This document shows, piece by piece, positions 1-8,988 of a stretch of DNA of 64,000 nt. A program made the translations under genes and the position numbers. The DNA lies in the NCBI GenBank assembly GCA_965246995.1, contig OZ252008.1, forward strand, positions 772,671 through 836,670, read 5' to 3'. The stretch comes from Vicinamibacterales bacterium. Its GTDB lineage: Bacteria > Acidobacteriota > Vicinamibacteria > Vicinamibacterales > UBA8438. Below the pieces are notes generated by a model. That model searched no databases. It was given only the letters and a program-made list of their open reading frames with translations, and was not told the origin of the DNA. Position 1 is the stretch's first letter; every line of letters starts with the position of its first letter.

Positions 1-200
1 TCAACCTGCCGATTCGTCGCGGCACGCCGATGGGTGTCGGCGGTCTGACCGACCACGTCAGCAGTCCTGCCTTCGCCACGGCGGTCGGCTTGGTGATGTA
101 CGCCCATCGGCACCAGGCGGTGGACCGGGAACGATCATCGGGCGGCCTCCGCAGGGTGGCGGGTCGGCTGCGTGGATTCTTCAAGGAGTATTTCTCATGA
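1..200 (+). CDS. ftsA: Cell division protein FtsA, C-terminal fragment (5' end lies outside the window)
   Basis: Frame 3 reads ...[34 protein letters not shown]...GFFKEYFS*. The stop TGA (198-200) overlaps the ftsZ ATG (197-199) as ATGA. The ftsA-ftsZ order is the conserved end of the dcw cluster. Confidence 0.7.
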   Translation, partial: NLPIRRGTPMGVGGLTDHVSSPAFATAVGLVMYAHRHQAVDRERSSGGLRRVAGRLRGFFKEYFS

Positions 201-1684
201 ACGCACCTGAGACCGCTGCGGAGCGCGCGCTCCGCATCACCCTGGAAGATGTTTCCGGGACTGGCGCCCGAATCAAGGTGATCGGTGTCGGAGGTGGCGG
301 CAATAACGCGGTGGACCGGATGGTCGCGGCTGGCCTGGGTGAGGGTGGCGTCGAGTTCGTCGTCGCCAACACGGACCGGCAGGCCCTGGAGCAGAACAAT
401 GCGCCGGTGCGGCTACAGATCGGGGGGAAGTTGACCAACGGCCTGGGCGCCGGCGCCGACCCGGCAATCGGTGAAAGGGCGGCACTCGAGGATACTGAGC
501 AATTGCTCAACGCGTTGGCCGGCGCCGACATGGTCTTCGTCACTGCCGGTCTCGGTGGCGGCACCGGCACCGGCGCGGCGCCGATCGTCACGTCGCTAGC
601 CTCGGAGCTGGGTGCGCTGACGGTAGCCGCGGTTACCACGCCGTTCACTTTCGAAGGGCGGGTCCGCGCTCGGCGTGCCCAACAGGGGCTGGTCAGATTG
701 CATGAAGCTGCCGATTCGGTGATCACGATTCCGAACGACCGGCTGCTCAGCACGATCGACCGCCAGATGCCGCTCACCGCGGCGTTCGAGGTGGTGGATG
801 ACGTGCTGCACCAGGCAATTCGGGGGATCTCGGACCTGGTCCTTGTGCCAGGACTGATCAACCTGGATTTTGCGGACCTGAAGACCACCATGTCTTCCAA
901 GGGGACGGCGATCATGGGCACCGGCACCGGCACCGGGGAGTCGCGAGCGCTGGACGCGGCAACGCGGGCCGTATCGAGTCCCTTGCTCGATCACGATGGT
1001 CTGGAAGGCGCCCGCAGCGTCATCGTCAACGTCACGGGCGGGAGCGACCTGTCGATGATTGAGGTAAGCGAGGCGACAACCGCCGTGCAGGAAGCAGCCC
1101 ACGAGGATGCGAACATCATCTTCGGCGCAGTAATCGACCCGGCGATGGGCGGGGACGTGAAGATCACCGTGATCGCCACGGAGTTCGATCCGGTGACGCC
1201 GGCGGAGACGGAAGAGATATCGACTGCCGTCGCTGTCGCGTCGGCACCCACGCCGAACGATCTGAACGCGTATGTCGTTCGGCAACAGCAGGATGTGGAG
1301 GCGGCGGAGCGGGCGGCCAGCGTCGCTGGCGCGCCGTCATCGGGTGTCGTTGGAGAGCACGACGCGACGGACATCGCCCCGGCGTCGGACGCGGAGGAAA
1401 TGGTGGCAGAGCGGGTCGAGATGGCGATAGCGGACGATGCGCTGGATCATCCTACCGCAGCGGCGATGGGGGAGTCCGCGACGGAACAGGCGATCGCCAA
1501 GGCACGCGCACTGTCGAGTCTCGCGATCTCGCGCCGCCCGACCTTCGAACTGCCGGTGGCTTCCGATCCGGCTGCCACGGCCTCCGGCGACATGGCCGCC
1601 GACATCGATATCGGTACGAACGACGATACGGCGGACGATGTTGAAGAATATCTCCCGGCGTTCCCCCGCTCGGCCGGGGAGTAG
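197..1684 (+). CDS. ftsZ: Cell division GTPase FtsZ with a long acidic C-terminal linker
   Basis: Contains [17 protein letters not shown], the tubulin signature [19 protein letters not shown], and the C-terminal peptide EEYLPAF. At 495 aa it is longer than usual because of a low-complexity linker. Confidence 0.97.
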   Translation: MNAPETAAERALRITLEDVSGTGARIKVIGVGGGGNNAVDRMVAAGLGEGGVEFVVANTDRQALEQNNAPVRLQIGGKLTNGLGAGADPAIGERAALEDTEQLLNALAGADMVFVTAGLGGGTGTGAAPIVTSLASELGALTVAAVTTPFTFEGRVRARRAQQGLVRLHEAADSVITIPNDRLLSTIDRQMPLTAAFEVVDDVLHQAIRGISDLVLVPGLINLDFADLKTTMSSKGTAIMGTGTGTGESRALDAATRAVSSPLLDHDGLEGARSVIVNVTGGSDLSMIEVSEATTAVQEAAHEDANIIFGAVIDPAMGGDVKITVIATEFDPVTPAETEEISTAVAVASAPTPNDLNAYVVRQQQDVEAAERAASVAGAPSSGVVGEHDATDIAPASDAEEMVAERVEMAIADDALDHPTAAAMGESATEQAIAKARALSSLAISRRPTFELPVASDPAATASGDMAADIDIGTNDDTADDVEEYLPAFPRSAGE

Positions 1685-1686
1685 CG

Positions 1687-3405
1687 CTAGCCCGGATTTC
1701 TCACAGCCACCCGGCGCGAGGCTGAAGCGGTGAGTTTACGGCGCAGGAGGTCCAGCACGGACGCGCGGGAGAGGTTGGAAGGCGGCGGACGGGGCGGTTG
1801 CGACACCGACGGCGGCGTGTCGGGCGCAGCGGGCCGGCCCCGGGGTAGTCCACCGGGTAGCTGCGGACGTGGTCTGGCGTTGGACTGGGGCGTCAGGCGG
1901 GTGCGCGCGCTTGGTGCAAGCGGTTGGCGGCGAGGATGAACAGGTCGGCGTCAGGCAGATAGTCGGTCAACGCGACCCAGACGCAGCGTGCGGTGACACG
2001 GATATGGGCGCCGACCTTGAGCAGCCGGAGGCGTAAGGTGTCGCATTGGGCGCGGGCGAGCCGGGTGCCTGCCAAAGCCCGGCTGCGGAGCGCGTGCAAC
2101 AGGACGTAGGCCAAGGTCGACCAGTAGAGGCGCAACTGGTTGGCCCGCAGGGTGGCACTGCTGGTGCGGTCGGCAAACAAGGCCAGTTGCTGCTCCTTGA
2201 TGCGGTTCTCCATATCGCCGCGGGCGCAATACAGGTCCTCATACAGCGGCTGGGCCGGGACGCGGTCTGCCGGCAGCGAGGTCACCACGAAGCGCGGATT
2301 CGGCCCGGCCGGCAGGTGCTCGGCCTTGCCGACGACCCGCCGCTCCCGGCTCCAGCTCTTGCGCGTGCGATAGCCGAAGTCGGCGAACACCCGGGCCGGC
2401 TGACCGCTCGCCTGGCACTGGGCCTGGGCCTGCACCATCGCCGGCGCCAGTTGCGCCTTGAGGCGGTCGTTCTTGGCGACCCCGATGAGATAGTCCACCT
2501 GGTGCGCCTCGCACCAGTTCAGCAACGCGTCCCGGCAGAAGCCCGAGTCGCCGCGCACCAGAATGGCCACCGTCGGCCACGCCTGCCGCACGCGGTCCAC
2601 GATCCACGCCAGTTCATCGACCACGCCGGCCGCCGCATCGATGTTCGCCGGCCGGAGCCGTGCACACAGCACGTGCGCGCCGCAGAAGACATACAGCGGC
2701 AGATAGCAGTAGTGCCGGTAGTAGCCGTGGAAAAAGCGCCCTTCCTGTTGGCCGTGCAGCGGGTCGTCGGTGGCATCGACATCGAGCACGATGCGCACGG
2801 GCGGCTGCGGGTGGGCCTCGATGAACAGGTCGACCAGCAGCGCATCGAGCGCCGCCTGGTCATAGCTCACCTTCTTGTAGCGGTCCGTCTCCGCGTCAGG
2901 CCCCGCCAACTCCAGCCGGTTCAACGTGCTCTTGCCCGCCAGGGCCGACCCGCGGTCCGCCGCCCGCACCCGGGATGCCCCGGTCGGGTCCGCCTTGCCC
3001 ACCACCGCCGCCAATAGCGCGTCGCGCCGCAGCGTGTCGTGGTCGTTCAGGTCTTCGTAGCCCAGCGCCAGGCCAAACACCCGCTGCGTCACTAACTCCT
3101 CGACCGTGTGCTCCACCCACCGCCCGTCCCGGTGATCCTGGAAGCACCGCGCCGCACGCCGGCACACCTGCGTGCACGCTTCCACGGCCTGCAGTAATAG
3201 CGCGCCCGCGTTGGAGGTAATCCGCCCGCCACCGAAACGCGCCACCAGTCGGCGGCGGCCGACACGCGGAAATTCAAGTTGGATTGGCGTACACTGTGTG
3301 GACAAGAGGCTGCCTCCGTGTCTGGTGTGAAAGTATTGCGGCCACAACACTTTACGCCATCACAGGCAGTCTCTTGTATCTACAACGGTGAGAAATCCGG
3401 GCTAG
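1687..3405 (-). mobile_element. IS1380-family insertion sequence, copy 1 (element 1691-3401, flanked by CTAG at 1687-1690 and 3402-3405)
   Basis: Perfect 14-bp terminal inverted repeats CCCGGATTTCTCAC at 1691-1704 and 3388-3401 enclose a single DDE transposase ORF. CTAG lies on both sides, consistent with the 4-bp duplication typical of IS1380. A second, diverged copy is at 57075-58787. Confidence 0.85.
1893..3305 (-). CDS. IS1380-family DDE transposase
   Basis: Motifs ITSNAGALLL, DVDATDDPLHGQQEG, GDSGFCRD and YCARGDMENRIKEQ...LRANQLRLYW. The start is set at TTG 3305 (GGAGG lies 8 nt upstream), by homology with the TTG start of copy 2. The track ORF extends to 3350. Confidence 0.85.
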   Translation of the reverse strand: MSTQCTPIQLEFPRVGRRRLVARFGGGRITSNAGALLLQAVEACTQVCRRAARCFQDHRDGRWVEHTVEELVTQRVFGLALGYEDLNDHDTLRRDALLAAVVGKADPTGASRVRAADRGSALAGKSTLNRLELAGPDAETDRYKKVSYDQAALDALLVDLFIEAHPQPPVRIVLDVDATDDPLHGQQEGRFFHGYYRHYCYLPLYVFCGAHVLCARLRPANIDAAAGVVDELAWIVDRVRQAWPTVAILVRGDSGFCRDALLNWCEAHQVDYLIGVAKNDRLKAQLAPAMVQAQAQCQASGQPARVFADFGYRTRKSWSRERRVVGKAEHLPAGPNPRFVVTSLPADRVPAQPLYEDLYCARGDMENRIKEQQLALFADRTSSATLRANQLRLYWSTLAYVLLHALRSRALAGTRLARAQCDTLRLRLLKVGAHIRVTARCVWVALTDYLPDADLFILAANRLHQARAPA

Positions 3406-3567
3406 GAGCCCGTGGTGAAACCCCCGCTACATTCGAGCGGCGATGCATCCCGCCTGAACGGCGTTGCTCCTCGGTCTCATATGGCCAATATGCTTCCTCG
3501 TCGCGCCTTGTCAGGCGAGCGCCTCGCCGCTCTCGGTGCTACCCGGGGTTTCACCACGGACTCCTAG
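3402..3567. repeat. MITE-like palindromic repeat, copy A (166 nt)
   Basis: Terminal inverted repeats CTAGGAGCCCGTGGTGAAACCCC ... GGGGTTTCACCACGGACTCCTAG. The element is the reverse complement of 31875-32058: the first 73 nt are identical, followed by one 18-nt indel and 5 substitutions. It has several internal hairpins and no credible ORF. Confidence 0.8.
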
Positions 3568-4476
3568 CTAGGAGTGCCCGAGCAGGATTACCTGCGCGAC
3601 GGAATAGTGTCTCGAATGCGTCAGCGTAAGTAGCGAGCCACCGCCTCCCAGCGCATCGAAGCGACGTCGGGCGCCGCCGTGCAGGGCGAGCGCCGGCGGG
3701 CCGCCGTGTCGGACCACTTCGATGTCGCGCCAGAGAACGCCACGCGAGCGGCCCGTGCCAAGCGCCTTCATAGCCGCTTCCTTGGCGGAGAACCGTGCGG
3801 CGAAGTGGGGCCCCGGGGCTCGACGTCTCCGGCAGTAGGCTGCCTCCGCGTCGGTGAAGATCCGCGCGACGAAGCGGTCCCCGTACCGCCGGAGCAGTTC
3901 GTCGACACGCGCTATCTCTTCGATATCGATTCCGATGCCAATAATGCCGCCCGCGCTCGGACCGACCGACGGCACCGGCTCTGCCCTGGCGACTGGCGGT
4001 GACGGTGTGCCGGCTGGCTGCCCCGTCATGCTGGACGGCGCCGCCGGGCCGCCCGGCGCGCCATCGACTGCCAGGTTCGCCAGCCGGTCCGCTCTGGCGT
4101 TCTGTTCCCGCGGGACATGCTGGTACTGCACATGCTCGAACCGTGCCGCAGTCGCAGACGCCTTGAGGTAGAGCCGCCGGAGCGACTGCGCCCGCACGCT
4201 ATAGGCGCCGGACATCTGTTTCACGAGCAGTTCGGAGTCGGAACGGATCAGCACGTTGCGATAGCCGTTGGCGGCGAGGTAGTCGAGGGCGGCCACCAAT
4301 CCGCTGTACTCGGCGACGTTGTTGGTTTCCACGCCGATCGCCTCGTGCAGTTCGGTGATGAGGCTGCCGTTCTCCGACTCGATGCGTACCCCGTAGCCGG
4401 CCGGACCGGGGTTGCCGCGCGCAGCGCCGTCTATCCAGGCGACGGCTTGCACGGCGAGTGGCGGGCGCGCCGTCAC
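3568..4476 (-). CDS. Fusion protein: N-terminal RNase H (type 1-like) and C-terminal holo-ACP synthase (4'-phosphopantetheinyl transferase AcpS)
   Basis: N-terminal half: AWIDGAARGNPGPAGYG, TNNVAEYSGLVAAL, IRSDSELLVKQM, NARADRLAN. A Pro/Ala-rich linker follows. C-terminal half: GIGIDIEEI, FTDAEAAYC, FAARFSAKEAAMKALG, LTLTHSRHYSVAQV. The GTG start overlaps the upstream stop (GTGA). Confidence 0.85.
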   Translation of the reverse strand: MTARPPLAVQAVAWIDGAARGNPGPAGYGVRIESENGSLITELHEAIGVETNNVAEYSGLVAALDYLAANGYRNVLIRSDSELLVKQMSGAYSVRAQSLRRLYLKASATAARFEHVQYQHVPREQNARADRLANLAVDGAPGGPAAPSSMTGQPAGTPSPPVARAEPVPSVGPSAGGIIGIGIDIEEIARVDELLRRYGDRFVARIFTDAEAAYCRRRRAPGPHFAARFSAKEAAMKALGTGRSRGVLWRDIEVVRHGGPPALALHGGARRRFDALGGGGSLLTLTHSRHYSVAQVILLGHS

Positions 4477-5189
4477 GATACGGTCGCCGGCGGGAAGTAG
4501 AGAAACCGCTGGCAGCTTTCACACCGGATCAGCGCATCGTTGCGCCGCACCTCGTTCTGCAGTTGCGGCCGCAGCCGAACCTGGCAGGCGCCGCAGCGTT
4601 CGTCGCGCAGCGCCGTCACCGCCACTCCCTTCCGGTGGCTCGCCACGCTCTCGAAGAGCGCTAGCACCGACGGCTTCATGTCGGCAACGAGCGTCGCGCG
4701 TTCCTCCGTTTTCCTTTCGACGTCCGCCTGCAGACGGTCACGCTCCGCTTCGATGGCCTGCCGCGCCTTGGCCACCTCCTCCTCCGCTGTCTGGAGGGCA
4801 GCACGAGCCGCGTCGGCCTCGGCGAGGATCTCGTCGGCCGCGATCATCAGTTCCAGCAGCCGATCCTCGTGGCTTTGCTTGGCCGCCTCAGCGTTGGCGA
4901 TCTCCAGCTGCACGGCGTGGAATTCCTTGTTGGTCTTCACCGCCATCAACTGATCCTTGAAGCGGCTCAATCGTCCGTCCACCTCCGCCAACTCCTTCTC
5001 GATCCGCACGCGGGCCGCCTTCTGGTCGACCTGCCCCGCCTCGACTTCGTCAAGAGCGGTGCGGCATGCGTTCAGTCGGTCATCGAGCAGGGCGCTCTGT
5101 TCGGGGAAATGGTCGATCGACTGTCGCGCGGCGGCGACGTCGAGGTCAATCTGTTGGAGGCGTATCAGTCGTTCGAGGTCAGGCAGCAT
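4473..5189 (-). CDS. COG1579-type coiled-coil protein with a C-terminal C4 zinc ribbon
   Basis: Long heptad-like Glu/Ala/Leu-rich region followed by CGACQVRL...RCESCQRFLY. The start is placed at ATG 5189 because the ORF-track start (5222) lies inside the tRNA terminator hairpin. A COG1579 gene upstream of RNase H is the order known from actinobacteria (Rv2229c-Rv2228c). Confidence 0.75.
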   Translation of the reverse strand: MLPDLERLIRLQQIDLDVAAARQSIDHFPEQSALLDDRLNACRTALDEVEAGQVDQKAARVRIEKELAEVDGRLSRFKDQLMAVKTNKEFHAVQLEIANAEAAKQSHEDRLLELMIAADEILAEADAARAALQTAEEEVAKARQAIEAERDRLQADVERKTEERATLVADMKPSVLALFESVASHRKGVAVTALRDERCGACQVRLRPQLQNEVRRNDALIRCESCQRFLYFPPATVS

Positions 5190-5212
5190 GGCAGAGGCAA
5201 CACACGGGCAAG

Positions 5213-5236
5213 AAAAAAGCACCGCGCGGGCGGTGC
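5213..5236 (-). terminator. Rho-independent terminator downstream of the tRNA
   Basis: The minus strand reads GCACCGC-CCGC-GCGGTGC followed by TTTTTT, giving a 7-bp G+C stem and a 4-nt loop. Confidence 0.8.
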
Positions 5237-5283
5237 CTGGTGGTTTCGGCGACGCAGCCCTCCGGCCGCGTCGATGGGACGGG

Positions 5284-5359
5284 TGGTGGGCCCGCCAGGA
5301 TTCGAACCTGGGACCACCCGGTTATGAGCCGGTGGCTCTGACCGCTGAGCTACGGGCCC
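5284..5359 (-). tRNA. tRNA with CAU anticodon (elongator Met, or Ile2 if lysidine-modified), CCA encoded
   Basis: The cloverleaf was folded by hand: acceptor GGGCCCG/CGGGCCC, D stem GCUC/GAGC, anticodon loop CUCAUAA, T arm CCAGG-UUCGAAU-CCUGG, and a 3' CCA. G1:C72 is paired, so it is not an initiator tRNA. Confidence 0.9.
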
Positions 5360-5367
5360 ACGAAGCA

Positions 5368-7074
<1,707 letters not shown>

Positions 7075-7155
7075 CCCGTTACCTTGAGCGATTCACCAAG
7101 TCGCCGTGCGCCGACGCAATTCGCAGGCGCGGATTGTAGCGACTCGCGCAGGCCG

Positions 7156-8982
7156 TCAAGGCGCGCGCCTCAACCATACGTCGCGGCGGTCACTTCTGTC
7201 ACCTGTTGGCAAGCTGGTCTGGGTGTCCAGGGCGTCGAGTCGCCGTTGCAGATCCAGCTTGCGGGTGAGTAGCGCATCGTCGATCGTGTCGGACGCGCCG
7301 TCGCGTTGCCTGCGATCGATCTCGTCCTGCACGCCGGCCAGTTCGCGTTCACCGCGGCGGCGCAACAGCTCGATGCCGCAGTCCTCGACGTCGGCTGGCG
7401 CGACCTCCATCGCGGCGATCGTGTTGACGAGCGCCGCTTCGTCCTCCGTCAGCCGCTCGACAAGCGTCCTCGCCAGGTCCGTCGCGGGTCCCGCGGCGAG
7501 GTTGTGCGCCACTTCCAGGATTGCCGCAGTCCGGAGACTTTGGAAGTCGGCAGGTTCGAGACCGGTGAGAACCCGCTGGGCCTCCTCGGTCCGGTGGATC
7601 ACGGCCCAGATCAAACCCTTCTCGGACTCCAGTGGGTCTCGGTGCGCCGCCGCCGACGGGTCGGCGGCCGACTTCGGGCGGCGGCCGGCGACCGCCTGGC
7701 GGATGGCGTCACGCACCACCGCCTCCGTTGCACCGGCGCGGTGAGCGATCCGGTCAGCAAACTGATCGCGCGCCACCGCGTCCGGTATCCGCGACGCTAT
7801 GGCACGCATCGCGTTCACGAACCCGGTCCGCTGGCTCTCGCGTGTCAGGTCACGGGATTCGGCGGCGCGCTCGAGCACGTAGTCGAGGTACGGCGTCGAC
7901 CGTTTGAGCCGGTCGACGTAGTACGTGGCGCCATGCTGGCGGATCGCCGTGTCCGGATCCTGACCATCTGGCAACCGCACGACATTCACCTGGAAACCGG
8001 TGGCGATCAGCAGTTCACCGGAACGGGCCGAGGCCCCCACCCCCGCCGCGTCAGGATCGAAACTGAGAAGCGCCTTGGTGCAGAAGCGGTGGAGCAGCTT
8101 CGCTTGCCGTTCAGTCAGTGCCGTCCCGCACGTGGCGACGACCGGTTCGATCCCGGCCTGTACCGCCTGCGCGAGATCGAAGTAGCCCTCAACGAGGACC
8201 GCGAACCCGCGTTTGCGAATCGCCTGCTTTGCCAGGTGGAGACCGTACAGCGTGCGGCCCTTCGTATAGAGCGCAGTCTCGGGCGAGTTGATGTACTTGA
8301 CCTGCTGATCGCCGCCTAGCGCGCGGCCACCGAAGGCGATGACCGATCCGGTGTCGCGGCAGATCGGAATGATCAGCCGCTGGCGAAACCGGTCGATCGG
8401 TGGGCGGCCGTCCGATTCGGTCACAAGGCCACTCTTCCGGAGCAGTTCCATCGGTTGCCCCGCCTCGCGAAGATGCAGCGTCAAGCCGTCGCGGCGCGGC
8501 GGCGTACATCCGAGACAGAGCGCGTCGATCGTCTCGGGCTGGATGCCCCGCTGCTCGAGATACGCGCGGGCGCCGCCGCCCGTGGGTGCGGCAAGCTGGT
8601 CCCGGAAGTACGCCGCCGCCAGTTCGTGGACCTTGAGCAGCGCTTCGCGCTCTGTTTCGGCGGCGTGATCGTGTTCGGCGTCGTCCGTTTCGGGTAGCTG
8701 GAGGCCGAATCGCTGCGCGAGCGACTTCACCGCTTCCGGGAAGCTCAGCTTCTCGTACAGCTCGACGAACTTCAGGACGTCGCCGCCCGTGGAGCAGCCG
8801 AAGCAGTGAAAGAACCCCTTGTCGGGGTGGACGTGGAAACTGGGCGTCTTCTCGTTGTGGAACGGGCAGAGCCCCTTGTAGCTGGTACCCGCCTTCTTGA
8901 GCGGCACCACCTCCTGAATCACCCGCACGATGTCCGCCTGCATCTTGAGGTCCGCGATGAAGCCGGTGGGGTAGCGGGCCAC
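7156..8982 (-). CDS. dnaG: DNA primase
   Basis: Zinc-ribbon CPFHNEKTPSFHV...FHCFGCSTGGD and Toprim region VLVEGYFD...LSFDPDAAG. It lies immediately upstream of rpoD in the classical order. Confidence 0.95.
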   Translation of the reverse strand: MARYPTGFIADLKMQADIVRVIQEVVPLKKAGTSYKGLCPFHNEKTPSFHVHPDKGFFHCFGCSTGGDVLKFVELYEKLSFPEAVKSLAQRFGLQLPETDDAEHDHAAETEREALLKVHELAAAYFRDQLAAPTGGGARAYLEQRGIQPETIDALCLGCTPPRRDGLTLHLREAGQPMELLRKSGLVTESDGRPPIDRFRQRLIIPICRDTGSVIAFGGRALGGDQQVKYINSPETALYTKGRTLYGLHLAKQAIRKRGFAVLVEGYFDLAQAVQAGIEPVVATCGTALTERQAKLLHRFCTKALLSFDPDAAGVGASARSGELLIATGFQVNVVRLPDGQDPDTAIRQHGATYYVDRLKRSTPYLDYVLERAAESRDLTRESQRTGFVNAMRAIASRIPDAVARDQFADRIAHRAGATEAVVRDAIRQAVAGRRPKSAADPSAAAHRDPLESEKGLIWAVIHRTEEAQRVLTGLEPADFQSLRTAAILEVAHNLAAGPATDLARTLVERLTEDEAALVNTIAAMEVAPADVEDCGIELLRRRGERELAGVQDEIDRRQRDGASDTIDDALLTRKLDLQRRLDALDTQTSLPTGDRSDRRDVWLRRAP

Positions 8983-8988
8983 GGACTC

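Noticed and set aside
3388-3425. Possible relationship between the IS1380 terminal repeat (CCCGGATTTCTCAC) and the inner part of the MITE repeat (GGGGTTTCACCAC)
   Set aside because: Only a loose GG.TTTC..CAC resemblance exists, in a different register relative to the element end. That is too weak to claim that the MITE is mobilised by the IS1380 transposase.
3279-3629. 116-aa ORF, and the 140-aa ORF at 31861-32283, sharing the peptide GARGETPATFERRCIPPERRCSS
   Set aside because: The shared peptide only reflects the shared MITE nucleotide sequence. The ORFs differ completely outside the repeat, run across the element boundaries, and overlap real genes or the IS. I treat them as non-coding.
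5284-5359. tRNA as an attachment site for an integrated element
   Set aside because: There is no integrase, no direct repeat of the tRNA 3' end, and no accessory genes on either side. Both neighbours (rpoD and the COG1579/RNase H genes) are core genes.
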